Shown: positions 43,201-58,300 of the stretch, piece by piece
Layout: each line of letters opens with the position of its first letter
Position numbering within the stretch: the stretch's first letter is position 1
Source: Octopus vulgaris
Lineage: Eukaryota
NCBI GenBank assembly: GCA_951406725.2
Contig: OX597835.1
Coordinates: forward strand, 49,848,001-49,912,000
Direction of reading: 5' to 3'
DNA: 64,000 nt
The notes under the pieces: model-generated
Database searches by the model: none
The model's input: the letters and a program-made list of their open reading frames with translations, nothing else
Told to the model about the DNA's origin: nothing
Program-made: the position numbers and the translations under genes

Positions 43201-43964
43201 TTTCCTTCTCCCAAATTCCACTCACAAACTCTTAGATTAACCACACACACCACCCCAAGGCTATAATGCTTTGCTTCGGGCCCTCAACTCCTTGATGGAT
43301 TCATAGCTGCAGTGTCATGATACATAGCATGATTTGGTCATTTCTTGACCAGGTGGAGTTCATCCCTCTCCCTGACTGACCACAGCAGATTTCTATTAGA
43401 AAGAAAGAAAGGAAGGAAGGAAGGAAGGAAGGAAAGAAGGAAGAGGGGTGGAAGGAAGGAAGGAAATCGACCCAGTACAGAACTGGTATTTATGAAGCAC
43501 AAAAAGATAAATAGCAAAGTCAGCCTTAGTGGGATTTGAACTGCAAGTGCAGAGGGCTGGAACAATTGCCATAAAACAATCTCTTCAATACTCTGTCACT
43601 TGGTTACTTTAAGGCTGTAATAGAAGGCATTTGTCCTTCCTCCTCAAATTCTGCCACCATATTTGTCAACATGCGGCTGTCATCACATGAAAAGCAGCCA
43701 TTTTGTTGTCATGTAAAAAGCACTTCTGCCGGTGCCACACAGAAAGCACTTATGATGGAGCCACATATAAAGCACCTGTGCTGGTGCCACGTAAAGGACA
43801 CCCAGTGCCACTCTGTAAAGTGGTTGGTGTTAGGAAGGGCATTGAGCCATAGAAACCATGCTACCAAAACAGACAAGTGCAGGAGCCTCCTGGTGTAGTC
43901 CCCTGGCTTGCCAGCTCCCGTCAAACCATCCAAACCCATGCCAGCATGGAAAATGGATGTTAAT

Positions 43965-43999
<35 letters not shown>

Positions 44000-45144
44000 G
44001 TGTTGGGAAGGAGTTAAGAAGTTCACTTTGCAAACATGAGGTCCCATGTTCAATCGCAATACACAGCCTCTCAGGCAAAGTGTCTTTTACCCTAGCCTTA
44101 GATCAATTCACTTCTGAAGTCCATCAGATGCAAACGGCAGCTGGAATTGAAAGATCTAACCTTTTCATTCAGTCTGTGAGTTACATCAAGGTTAATCAGA
44201 GGAGAGCTTGCTGATGTCAACCACTCAACATTACGCAGTGTGTCCTGTTAAGGTCAAAATACAGAATAAACATTACACATTTAGCACTGACTTGAGGCCT
44301 TCATCCCTTTCCCACACTTACAACACAAGAAGGTAGGGTGGTACACAGACATTATTTCATACTCAAATTCCATAACATATTTTCAATATTGATCTATATT
44401 TGGTTTGTTAATTGTTGCTGTTGTTCAGCCCCTGCTCAGCCTTGACCGAGTAGACCTATGCCCAAATTTGTTCAAGCAGGGACCATTCCATTTGTTTATA
44501 TGTTTAGGCCTTTTCTTGACCACATTTCTTGACCACATTTCTTGACCACATTTTCAATGAAATATACCACTGTCCCTGTATTTCAGTTAACTCTGAAAAT
44601 TAGGTTAAGCGTCCTCTGTCACAGCTCCAGACTGGCCAAAGCTTTGGGAGTGGTTTTCATCAAATGTACACTTTCTTTTTCTTTCTTTTTCTTTCTTTTT
44701 CTTTTTACTTGTTTCAGTCATTTGACTGCGGCCATGCTGGAGCACCGCCTTTAGTCAAGCAAATCGACCCCGGGACTTATTCTTTGTAAGCCCAGTACTT
44801 ATTCTATCGGTCTCTTTTTGCCAAACCACTAAGTGACGGGGACGTAAACACACTAGCATCGGTTGTCAAGCAATGCTAGGGAGACAAACAAAGACACACA
44901 AACACACATACATATATATACATATATACGACGGGCTTCTTTCAGTTTCCATCTACCAAATCCACTCACAAGGCCTTTGTCGGCCCGGGGCTATAGCAGA
45001 AGACACTTGCCCAAGATGCCACGCAGTGGGACCATGTGGTTGGTTAGCAAGCTACTTACCACACAGCCACTCCTGCGCCTATATATATATAGGAAAAATA
45101 TTTTTCATATATTTCTACACGAGTGGAATAAAATAACTTTGTTT

Positions 45145-45183
<39 letters not shown>

Positions 45184-48100
45184 AATCATCCCATAAATAA
45201 TGCATTTTATTTGATACTTTTTTTATTTTTCAAAATTAAGATAAACAACGTTGTTTTTTAATCTAAAATATACTCTCCTTCATTTTCTACAACGTTCTTC
45301 CATCTATCTGCTACACTTGTAAGGCCCCTCTTCCAAAATTCACTAATCCATGATGAAAAATACTTTTCCAGTACTGTTCTGACCGCGTCTATAGAATTCA
45401 TATTTTTTTCCCATCCAAATAATTTTGAATAAATGCGGAATAAATGATAATCAGATGGAGCAATGTGGTGGGTGGGGAATTGTTTCCCATTCAAACTGCT
45501 CCAGCCTTTTGGAATGTCATCCTCGCTGTATGTGGAAGAGTATTATCATGATGGAAGAACACCTCTCATCTTTAAACGAAAGATTCTGACTCTTCCGATC
45601 GCACTCAGGTGTCGATGAATGATTGAATGACCAAATCCAAGCTTCTCTGCTAGTTCCTTAACAGGTGGGATTTTGTTCCACCAGGGTTTGCAGGATGTTC
45701 ACATCGAGCTCTGCAGATCTTCCAAGACGAGGCTCGTCTTCTAGGCTATAGTTTCCTGTTCGGAATTTCTGGAACCACTGTTAGCACTGGCTTACTTACG
45801 CCTATTGTCCGATCCCCAAATACTACATTAATATTCCTCACACTTTCCATTGCTTTGTTGCCTTTATTGAACTCATAAAGCAAAATATGCCGAATATGCT
45901 CCTTTGTCCTTCCATTATGGCTTTGAAAAAATAACTGTTAAAATCGAACTGCACTCTTAAAAACTTGCTCTCAGAATGAGTACAAGGTAAAATTGCTACC
46001 TGTTTTTCTAGCAAGTTGATACAGGTAGTTTATCCCCTGCCCCTCCGATTTTGGGTTCATGTAACTGAAAAAAACACATTATTTATGGGATGACCCAAAA
46101 TATATATATTGTTTAAATATTTCCCTTGAGCATTGCGAGACTAATAACCTGATGTAGAACTCAATATATGTGTGTTTCAGAATGAAGTGGTGGCTGGGTA
46201 GAAAGCAGTCATAAGAGAGAGGACAAAGGAATAAACACTTATCTTATACACTTCATTAGCTGACAACTGTTTCTGCAGCGGATTCATAGTTGAGTGCCTC
46301 AGTAACAGCTTCATTGCAGCTTCGAATATGAAGTGCAATTTATTTGGGAAAAATAAAATTGCATTTTATATTTGAGGCTCTGATGAAACTATAAAGTGAT
46401 ATTCAGCATGCAACTATGATTCTACTGCATCTTATAGCAGAAAAAGCTGTAAGCTAATGAAGTGCATAAGATAATTGATCATTCCTTTGTCATCCCATTT
46501 TCTTATATATATATATATATATATATTTACAAGGTGATATATATACATATATTCATTCAGATAAATAACACTGTTCAATATGATGTTGGAATCACTTAGC
46601 TTAATCGTACAGAGCACCCAGCCAGTATCTGAGAGGTACAGGTTTCAATTCCCTGTAGCCACCTACTGGTAACCCTTTGTCCAAGCCATACCAGCATGGA
46701 AAACAGACATGAAATGATGATGATGATGGTGATGAAGAGATCCTAAAACCAAGGGGCTGTGTAAAAAGCATTGGTGTGGATGCTGGTGCCACATAAAATG
46801 TACCCAGCACATTCTGTGGAGTGGTTAGCATTAGGAAAGGCATCCCACCATAGAAACCAAACCAAAACAGACTCTGGGACCAGGCGTGGACCCTGGCTTT
46901 GCCAGTCCCTGTCAAGCTGTCCAACCCATACCAGCATGGAAAAACGGACGTTAAATGTTGATAATGATGTGTCTGTGTCAGCATGGGAGTGTTTTGTTGT
47001 GTGCATGTGTTTGTGTCCCCTTCTTTTGAGATTATGGGAAAGTTGTAAACAAGTGTGACCATCCTACAAGCAATGTTGTCCATTTCCAGTCTTCTCTGTA
47101 AACATGTCTGGCCATGAAGAAATACTGGTTTCGAATTTTGACACAAGGCCAGCAATTTCAATGGGAGCGGGAGGAGGGAGTCGATTACATCAACCTGTCA
47201 CGGAGAAATATTACTTTGCTTGGAAATAGATGAAGATTAGCAACAGGAGGGACAACTGGCTGTAAAACAGGTGGGTCAGCAGATTCTGCTCAGTTCACGC
47301 CAATATGGAAAAATGGATATTATAATGTGTGCGGGAGTGTGTTTGGTGGGGCAAGGAAAAGTGGGTGGAGGGGCCGGTTCAGTTACCTTCTAATTATCAA
47401 TTACGCACCAGCTTCATTAATTTTCTTGTTTTTTGATCTGGGGTCTTGCAGTCAATGATTCCTGGCAGAATCGTCAACATCGCCTCCCGAATATCTTTGT
47501 CTGAGGTACTGTGGAACTTCAGGAAATGCTGCTTCTGTTGGTTCAGTTTGGTCATCATCAGCTGCAGGAATATTGTGACACCAACCAGTGCATCGAGGGC
47601 AGCATAGTGCATCTGTAGCAGCAGCAGCAGCAGCACCAGCAGCAGGAAAATATAAAAAAAGTTAAATTATTTTATGTAACCAAATAAACTAACAATAACT
47701 AATTAAATTAATTATTAATAAAAAGTAGATTTATCATTATTGCATCATCAATTTACATCGGTTTTTTTCCCCCTGCTCAAATAGAGAGAGAGAAAGAGAG
47801 AGAGAGAGAGACAGGAGGGGCATGGATGGATGGATGGACAGACAGACAGACAAGTAAGCACATAAGTGCAAAACAAAGTGGAAAAACTAGTACTTGAGTA
47901 CATAAGGTAGAGCAATATGTCTGTATTAAAGCTGCCAAAATCTCCACAAACTCAGCATTTCACATCCCTGTTCCTCGGACAGTTGGGATTTGTTCATCGG
48001 ACAGTTGTATGATCACGTCTGACAAACAGGAACATGAAACATTCCAGTTCATTACAGAAAATATAACAGAAAAGTCTAATTCTTCAATTGTATGTAACTC

Positions 48101-50495
48101 GGGCAACGCCGGGTAACTCTGCTAGTAATTTCTTATAATATAATATATATATAATAATTTCAAACTTGGGTATACACCTTGTATACACCTTGTTTACATA
48201 CAATTGAAGAATTATATTTTCTGTAATGAACTGGAATACCTATCTCTCTTTCTCTTTTTACTTGTTTCAGTCATGCTGGAGCACCGCCTTTAGTCAAGCA
48301 AATCGACCCCGGGACTTATTCTTTGTAAGCCCAGTACTTATTCTATCGGTCTCTTTCACTGAACCGCTAAGAGACGGGGACGTAAACACTCCAGCATCGG
48401 TTGTCAAGCGATGTTGGGGGACAAACACAGACACACAAACATATACACACACATACATATATATATATATATACATATATATGACAGGCTTCTTTCAGTT
48501 TCCGTCTACCAAATCCACTCACGAGGCATTGGTCGGCCCGAGGCTATAGCAGAAGACACTTGCCCAAGATGCCACGCAGTGGGACTGAACCCGGAACCAT
48601 GTGGTTGGTAAGCAAGCTACTCACCACACAGCCACTCCTGTGCCTATGCTTCGAATTTCATCAAAATTGCAGATGAGGGTTATTTCCCTCTTTACACACC
48701 CAAACAAAATTGTAATCATGCTACATGTATCCCATACTACTGATTTTTATGCACATATTCCAAAATTCCAGTCTTATTGAACCTGTTAAAAGGATTTTGC
48801 TTCTGAAAAATGAAGGTCATGGAGCTCTAAATGTAAGAGTTAAGGCCCCTGTTGGGGGTGGGCATGTTAATGTGAACTAGAGAAGTTGAATTGTTGAGAA
48901 TCTTTTTAACTTTGGTCTTATATCTATTGTTTAAATTTCTTTGAAATAGGAAATATATGTTCACTGGGTTTGTAAAAGAGAGCAAAGCTACAGGAAACCA
49001 AAAGACGAATGATCACAATAAGCAGTCAGCTACAGTGGCCTAGTTGTTACCACTCCCAATGTAGGATTCCTCACCATCCAGGTGACAGGCACAGCCGTAA
49101 GATGCATTACGAATCTTTAACAATTGGAAGGGCGTGACCCAACTGAAATAAACATTAACAACTGTGTGACGTGTGGGCTAAGGAGAAATGAAAGTTGGAG
49201 TTTGCAAATGACCACTATACTGATACGTAACTGGACAGAATACAATCTATACAATCTATAAATGTCTTTGAATAACCAGTCACTCATCTGGGAAGGCCTT
49301 GAAATCAATGTTACCATGTGGGGACTAGGTGTGACCCAGTGATAATAATTGTAGAAATCACAATGTAAGTGTATGTCAAAGCAAACTCTTACACTGTTTC
49401 ACCATTGAATTACAAATAATGCTCATCTTCTATGCTTGGATGACCCCTACAACTATTCGTCTTTGCTTAGATAAAATGACAAAATCGTGGGCGTTAAGTC
49501 CCCATGAAGGGGTCTTTCTAACTTGTAAGAAGATGAAATCTTATAAATATTACTTCATTTGTGTCTAATATCTATGGTTAAAATTTCATCAACAGCAAAA
49601 ATATATGAATTGTCATGGGGGTTGTGGCCCTTTTGCATAGAATATAATTTCCAAATTTCGTAAAGATCCATTCAGTACTTTTGACTTAGTTTTGGATCAA
49701 AAAAGAAATTACTAAAATTTGGGAGTTAAGGCCCCCATTAGGGTGTCTTAAAATCCTCATGTGAAATGGAAACTATGAAAATACTTCTTGATGTATGTCA
49801 ATTACCTATGGTTGAAATTTCATTGAAAATTTATGAATTTTCATGGTGGGTTCTGTCCCCTTTAAGCCATCTGAAATTCAAACCAAACATATTGCATTAT
49901 ACCTGCCCTTATGCATTGAATCTAAGTTTCAAATATCATAAGGGTCCATTCAGTAATTTTGGTTCATGAAATTGTATGAAACACACAACATTACCCTTCT
50001 CCCTGGGCTTCAATTTTGTGTTCCAAATTTCATTACGATTGGTGCAGCAGTTTTCAAATGTATAAGTAATACACAAACACATAAAGACATTGTCTTTGAT
50101 ATAATAAATATGAATGTACACCGTCTTCACTGTCCTCTTTTTGTTTCCATTTTTACCTCTCCACAAAAAAATCGCAAATTTTATTTAATCTGCTTTTGCA
50201 GGAAGGACTGTTTCAACAAAGTCGTGTCTCGCCTTTACCTTCGAAATGCAGAGTAGATGAAACAGAGGCAGTTGAAGAAGGGGAATTTTCCTTGTATTGT
50301 ATGTCCTGTACTCTATTTTTTCGTTGTTTAAGAAAAATGTCCATTTCCTTGGTTTTGTGTTTATGTTTTCGTTTCTCATTGTGTTCAACGTTTTTTTGGT
50401 GTCCTGTACCCATATATGCATGTAGATGTACGTATATATATATGTATGTATATATGCATATGCTTTATTTATTAATTTGTTATTATACATACATG

Positions 50496-50527
<32 letters not shown>

Positions 50528-53500
50528 CGTGTGTATTATATATATATATATATACACACACACAAAGATAAATTGATAGATACAAACAACTGAGTGGGCA
50601 AACAAAAATATGAGACACAGCATAGTGCTTTTCTTTATGTTGATAAGCCTGGTACTTATTCTATTAGTTTGTTCTTGTGAAACCAGTAAGTTATGGGGAT
50701 GTAAATAAATGAACAGCAGTTGTAAAGCAGTGATGAGGGTGAAACACAGAAACAAAGTCACACACATACACTTAAATATATACATACATATATGTGCGAT
50801 TGATTTTTTTAAAGTTTCTGTCTATAAAATCCATATATATATATATATATATATGTATACACACACACACAAAGATAAATTGTGTGGGCAAACAAAAATA
50901 TGAGATACTGCCTTGTGGTTTTTTTTATCTTGATAAGCCTGGTACTTATTCTATCATTTTCTTCTCATGAAACCAGTAAGTTATGGGGATGTAAATAAAC
51001 GAACACCAGTTGTGAGGCAGTGATGAGGGAGAAACACAAAGACACACACACACAGACTTACATATATACATACATAAATATATACGATTGATTTCTTTCA
51101 GTTTCTGTCTACAAAATCCACTGACAAGGCTTTGGTTGGTCTGAGGCTATAGCAGAAGACACATGCCAAATCACCACACAGTGGGACTGAACCCAGGACC
51201 ATGTGTTTTGGAACGAAGTTTGTTACCACACAGCCACACCTGCACCTATGTGTGTGTGTGTGTATGTGTGTGTGTATGTGTGTGTGTGTATGTGTATGGG
51301 TGATATATGTATGCATGTATATATGTGTACATATTACATGTACATCTATATATATATACATCTACACATATACATCTTTATGTATAGAAATAAATGTAGG
51401 CGCAGGAGTGGCTGTGTGGTAAGTAGCTTGCTAACCAACCACATGGTTCCGGGTTTAAATTTAAATTTAAAATAATAAGGGTGAGAAATTGAATATTAAT
51501 TTGATTAATATGAATTGAAAACCAGTGGTGTAGCATATAAGACCATAGCGGATCTTCTTCTAGCAAAATGAATGTCCACTGTTAATGGTTCATCCCTGTT
51601 ATATAATAGTTTGACTTTAATAGTTTCAGTATTAAAGTGAAAGTATCTGACATTACAATAGAGAGATGTTTTTTTTTCACTTTTAACACGTAATACTGAA
51701 ATAGTATTGCTGTGGGCTCACCCTAGACAAGAAGTTAGAAATTCTTTTGCCCATGACACTCCCTGGACCCTAAGTAAGACATGTGTAAAATTTGAATGAA
51801 ATTGGTTGTGTAGTTCTCAAGTTTTAGGGATGCACACAGACAGACACACATTCTCAGTTTTAAGCACCATTTGAGCGTGACCGTTGCCAGTACCGCCTGA
51901 CTGGCCCTCGTGCTGGTGGCACGTAAAAGCACCCACTACACTCTTGGTGTGGTTGGTGTTAGGAAAGGCATCCAGCTGTAGAAACTCTGCCAGATCAAGA
52001 TTGGAGCCTGGTGCAGCCATCTGGTTCACCAGCCCTCAGTCAAAATCGTCCAACCCATGCTAGCATGGAAAGCGGATGTTAAACGATGATGATGACGATG
52101 ATGATGATATACACACACACACACATCCTCTCTTCTGCTCCCCTTCCTGCACTTTGACAGTTTGCTCCAGCAAACCACCACAATCACCTTCCTTTTCATC
52201 TTCTTCATCTTCTTCTACACAATTACTGCCACTCCCCTTTATATCATGTGGGATGGCCATTTATCCCATCTATAGCAAGAAACCTGTGCTTGTCCTCTCA
52301 GTACCTGGCCTATAACCACCTCTGTTGGTGGGATGGCCATGGTTGGAATGATGATGCCATGGATCTGTTTGATCAAAGCTAACTTGGAGTAAAACACCAA
52401 CAATCAACCACCAATACCACCAACACACCCTTACTACAACTCCCACCACCATCACAACTTTCACCTTCTAACTACTGCCTTCACAACCACCACCACCATC
52501 ACAACAGCCATCAACACCACTACAACCTTCCCCCTCCCCAACACACCATCACCACCAGGCCGTAACAGTCACCAACACCCCAACCATCAACCCACCAACA
52601 CATACCACTACCTCCACTACCAATACCACCATACCATTAACACAGCTTTCAATACTGTTACCACCACCACCATCACCTCCACCACCACCACCATCACCTC
52701 CACCACCACCACCATCACCTCCACCACCACCACCATCATCACCACCATCACCACCACCACCACCACCATCATCACCACCATCACCTCCACCACCACCACC
52801 ATCATCACCACCATCACCTCCACCACCACCACCATCATCACCTCCACCACCACCACCATCATCACCTCCACCACCACCACCATCATCACCACCACCACCA
52901 CCACCACCACCACCACCATCATCACCACCATCACCTCCACCACCACCACCATCATCACCTCCACCACCACCACCAGCATCATCACCATCACTACCACCAC
53001 CACCAAAGTATCATTAAAACAAATTTCCCCACCACAACTTTTCATATCTATTTCAAATTTTGGCACAAGGCCAGCAATTTCAGAGGAGGTGGGTATATCG
53101 ATTACATCAACCCCAGTACACAACTGGTATTTATTTTATCAACCGCAAAAGGGATAAAAAGTAAAGTTGAGCTCAGAACATAACGACATATGAAATACCC
53201 CCATGCCTTTTGCCCGGTGTGCCCCCAACACCACCACCCTAACCACCCAACCCAAAACCAATTCCTCAAGACACAAAAAGGTCCTCTCACCTGTTCTTTG
53301 GTAAGTTCTTCGGATTCCCAGTTGCTGAGTGTGATAGATTTGTCTTTGAACATGTCGACATTGATGATGGCTTTGGCAAGGTTCATCAAACTATAACTCG
53401 TACTGGAATAATAACAAAAACAACCATGTAAACAATGATTCCAAAATTTGGCACAAGGCCAGTAATTTCACAGGAGGGGATAAGCCAATGACATCGATCC

Positions 53501-54461
53501 TCAGTATACAACTGGTACTTATTTCATTGACTTCAGAAAGGATGAAAGGAAAGACGACCTTAGCAGAATTTGAACTCAGAATGTAAAGATGGACGAAATG
53601 GCATCATGCTAATGATTCTGGCAGCAACAAGATGAAGAACAACCACAAGATCAGCAGCATTTTGTCCAGTTTTGTATTCTGAGTTCAAATGCCACTGAGG
53701 TTTGACTTTGCCTTTTGTCCTTTCACGGTTGATAAAATAAGTACCAGTTACATGCTGGGGTCGATGTAATCAACTTATCCCCACCCACCCCAAAATTGCT
53801 GGCCTTGTGCCAATATTTGATATCAAAAATATAATTCTTTCTAATTTTGGCACAAGGCCAGCAATTTCTTTTAGAGGAGGGCAAATCAATTACACCGACC
53901 CCGTTACTTGACTTGTGCTTTATTTAATTGACCCCCAAAAACATGAAAGGTAAAGCTGCAAAGCTGACCTCGGTGGAATGTAAAGCTGAGAATGTAAAGA
54001 ACTAAAAGAAATGGCACCAAGTGTTTCACCTGGCAGGTGAATATTCCTGCCAGGTTGCTTCCTAGATAATAATATCCTTTCCATTATAGACACAAGACCT
54101 GGAATTTACAGGGTGAGTGGAGGGGGATACTTACTTCATCAATTCCAAAAGCAAAGCCAAGATCAGCTGAATTTGAACTCTGAATGCAGACGACTGAAAT
54201 GCCATTAAGCATTTTGTCCAGGGTGCTAACGATTCGGCCATTTGGCCACCTTTTTCCTTTTACTTTTACTTGTTTCAGCCATTAGACTGTGGCCATGCTG
54301 GGGCAGCACCTTGAAGAACTGAATCGATCCCAGCACTTATCTCTTTTTTTAAAGCCTGAAACTTATTCTCTCAGTCTCTTCTGTCAAAATGCCAAAACTG
54401 GTCGTCAAGTGGTGGAGGGAGAGACAAACCTAACCCAAAGACACACTAACACACACAGACA

Positions 54462-54499
<38 letters not shown>

Positions 54500-55254
54500 C
54501 GACAGGCTTCTTACAGTTTCCGTCTACCAAATCCACTCACAAGGCTTTGGTAGGTCCAAGGCTACAGTAGAAGACACTTGACTAAGTTGCTCTGCAGTGG
54601 GACTGAACCCGGAACCATGTTGTTGAGAAGCAAGCTTCTGACTAAAATTTCTCAAAGCAATGCCCCAGCATGGCCGGCAGTCTAATGACTGAAACAAGAG
54701 ATAAAAACAAAAAAAAGACAAGTGCTGTAGGGTGAGCATCTTATATTTTTCTGATAAATGCACATTTTTTATTTGAAATTTTGCAAAAATAAGATTCAAT
54801 GGAAGAGATTACAATAATTTTGATAAAATTTAAGAAAATAATATCAAATATTTCTGGCAAATATACAAATAAGAAATTTGTTTTATATACTTTTATTTTA
54901 AAGTAATGATATTTTTCTTTTGAAAATTAGAAATCCTTTCATCATTTTGGTATTGGTGCCGGCTTCTGGCTTGCCAGCTCTCACTCAAACCGTTCTTGTC
55001 ACATTCTGTGTCACGCTGAATCTCCATGAGAACTACATTAAGAGTACACGTGTCTGTGGAGTACTCAGCCACTTGTACGCCATTTTTATAAGCAGACTGT
55101 TCTGTTGATCAAATCAACTGCAATACTCATTGTCTCAGGTGTTTGCCATTACTCACACTAACAAAAGTAGTCTTGCAAACTTCCCCATCACATGACAAAT
55201 GATACCTAGCATGTATATATGTGTGTGTATATATATATATATATATACAAATAC

Positions 55255-55300
<46 letters not shown>

Positions 55301-58300
55301 GAGAGTGAGTCAAAAAGTAATGCCATTTTGTTAAGGACAGGTATAATTACCAACACGGGAACATGTATGATACATCAAAATGAAGCTGGTCCTCTGTGGA
55401 TCACATCCCTACTCCTCAACATAGTCACTGTTTCTCTAAATAGCAATGTTCCACTTTCAAATGAGAGCATGTGTCCCTGCCCCGTAAAAATCTGTTGACT
55501 GTTCTTTGAGCCACTTCTTCACTACAGTTTTCACTTCCTTGTCATTGGACTATCATCTCTTCAGCCCCATGAAAGTAGGATTGAGAGCAAACATTATTCC
55601 AATGACGAGGAAGTGGAAACTGTAGTGAAGCAGTTAAGACTGATTTAATTATTGTTTGCATATACACCTTTCATTTAACACTTGTATGATTTCTCATAGC
55701 AAAGACGCAAAGAAGGAAGACAGGATAATGAGATAGAGAGGGAGAGGGAGGAAGAGAGAATGAGAGAGGGGGAGAGAGAAAGACAGTGAGAGAGAGGGGT
55801 AGGGGGAGAGAGAGAAAGAGAAGAATGAGAATGAAGTGAAAGAAAAAAAGGACAAAACTACTCACACTGAGTATTGGGTAGGTATAAAGGGGAGGACGTT
55901 GCGAAGGTCAAGGTAACCCCTTATGTGAAGGTCATGGTCAATTCGGAGATTGCCTACATCCACACTGATGCCAACACCTATTTTCAGGATGCTGTGGACA
56001 GAAAAAGATAATCATTTAACAACAGTAATCCCTCCTTCAACGGATTATCCACATTCAAATCCTTCATCTTTTTATTTTCTATCTTTTACTTGTTTCAGTC
56101 ATTGGGCTGTGGCCATGCTGGGGCACAGAAGTGCCTTGAAGAATATTTAGTCAAAGGAATCCCCACCAGCTCTTTTTCTTTTTCTTTGAAAGCCTGGTAC
56201 TTATTCTATTGGTCTCTTTTGCCAAACCGCTAAGTTACAGGGGCATAAACACACCAACATAGGCTATCAAGCAGTAGCAGAGGACAAACACAAACACATT
56301 ACAGGCTTCTTTCAGTTTCCATCTACCAAATCCACTCACAAGGCTTTGATTGGCCCAAAGTTATAGTAGGAGACACTTGCCAAGGTGCCATGTAGTGGAA
56401 CTGAACCCAGAACCATGTGGCTGGTAAGCAAGCTTCTTACCACATAGTCACACATGTCAGCATCATCATCATCATCATCATCATCATTTAACGTCTGTTT
56501 TCCATGCTGGCATGGGTTGGGCAGTTTGACTGAAAACTGGCAAGCCAGGAGGCTGCACCAGGTTCCAGTCTGATCTGGCAGAGTTTCTACAGCTGGATGC
56601 CCTTCCTAATGCCAACCACTTCGAGAGTGTAGTGGGTGTATTTTACGTGCCACCGGCACAGGTGCCAGTGTCCTGACACTGGCATCGGCCACATCTAGTC
56701 TCAGTTGGCTTGACAAGTCTACACAAGCACGGTATATCGCCAAGGGTCTTGGTCACCTGTCATTGCCTCTATGGGGCCCAACGCTCAAATGGTGCTTTTT
56801 ACATGCCACCAGCATGGGTGCCAGTCAGACAGCATTGGCATCGGCCATGACTACAATTTTACTCATATGTCATCACCATCATCATCATCACCATATCCAT
56901 CACCACCACCATCACCATCACCATCATCATCATCATCATCATCACCACTATCATCATTTTAACATCTACTTCTCCATGCTTGCATGGATCAGAAGAGAGT
57001 ATATTGGTGCACCAACCAATTTCTATTTCCAAGTGTGGTAACAATCTCCCAGTTAAGGGGGAGTCAAGAGGTGCAGGATGAGTGTATATACTAGGCTTAG
57101 TGACAAGCAATGAGTACAGAGATGCTGCACATACAGAAGCACGCACACAGGTGGAGGGGGAGGAGGGGGAGCATATGACAAAATAGTTATGGGAAGAGTA
57201 ATGTGAAATTTGCTTCTTCAATTATATTTGAAAGTAATTCCTTTTGGAAATGTCTACCCCTTCCATCATTTTGTGTCGGCACCAAGAAATGTGATGAAAG
57301 TTAAATTATAATTACTGAGTCACACAAAAAAGGCACTGGTGTTGGTGCCACATAAAAAGCACTCAGTCCACTCTGTGAAGTGGTTGGCATTAGGAAGGAC
57401 ATCTGACCCTAGAAACCAAACCAAAACAGACAATGGAACATGGTGCAGCCCCTGGCCTTACCAGCTCCTGTCAAACCGTCCAACCCATGCCAGCATGGAA
57501 AAACAGATGTTAAATGATGATGATGAGTGTGTGTATGCCATAGTTACTGATATCAGTCATGGTTACAAAATATTTCAGCTTTTGTTAGAGAAAATTATAC
57601 AAGAGTTCTATGAGAGGAATTCTATGGTGAAAAACCACATTAAAACATATTAGACACAAAAATCATCTTGTGGCTTTAAGCGATGAAAAACTGGCAAGAA
57701 ACTCCCTGAATCGAAAATATCTCAGCTTTTGTTAAATAAATTTATACCAAAGTCATGTGCTAATGAAAAATCTCTACTTCTAATGCTATCAATCAATCAA
57801 TCATCGTCATTATCATCATCATCATTTAACATTTGTTTTCCATGCTGGCATGGGTTGGATGGTTTGACAGGAGGCTGTACTAGGCTTCATTGCCTGTTTC
57901 GGCAGGGTTTTTAATAGCTGGGTGCCCTTCCCCAAATCAACTCTGGTATAGAAAATAACAACCTACCTTGAATCAGCCAACAAACTTTTTAATGATGATG
58001 GAAAAGGTTTTGGCAACAAGTTCAGTCTAATAAGTACACAAAGGCCGTCTTTACCTGCCAATTGTAGCAAGGACACAGGATACCTCCTACCAAATCGAGT
58101 GATCCATTCAGCATCTAATCCCAACACCTAAAAATAAATGGACTAACAATTAATTAAAAGTAAAGCCAATTAAAAATCCAAACTGAGAGCAAATGGCATC
58201 TTCCAATAATTATACAGCAGATATGCATCGTTGTGCTTTTATCCAAATCCTCAGCACAAGAGTGGCCGTCGGGCAAGAGGCTTGCTCCCCAGCCACAGGG

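Noticed and set aside
47386-47408. Apparent premature stop (TGA TAA) in the EXD2 ORF 47397-47636
   Set aside because: A GTGCGT donor at 47408 precedes the stop and gives the correct phase 0 join, so this is not a pseudogene.
50230-50295. Permuted hammerhead (CGAAA..GTA..TTGAAGA)
   Set aside because: Stems I and III do not pair convincingly.
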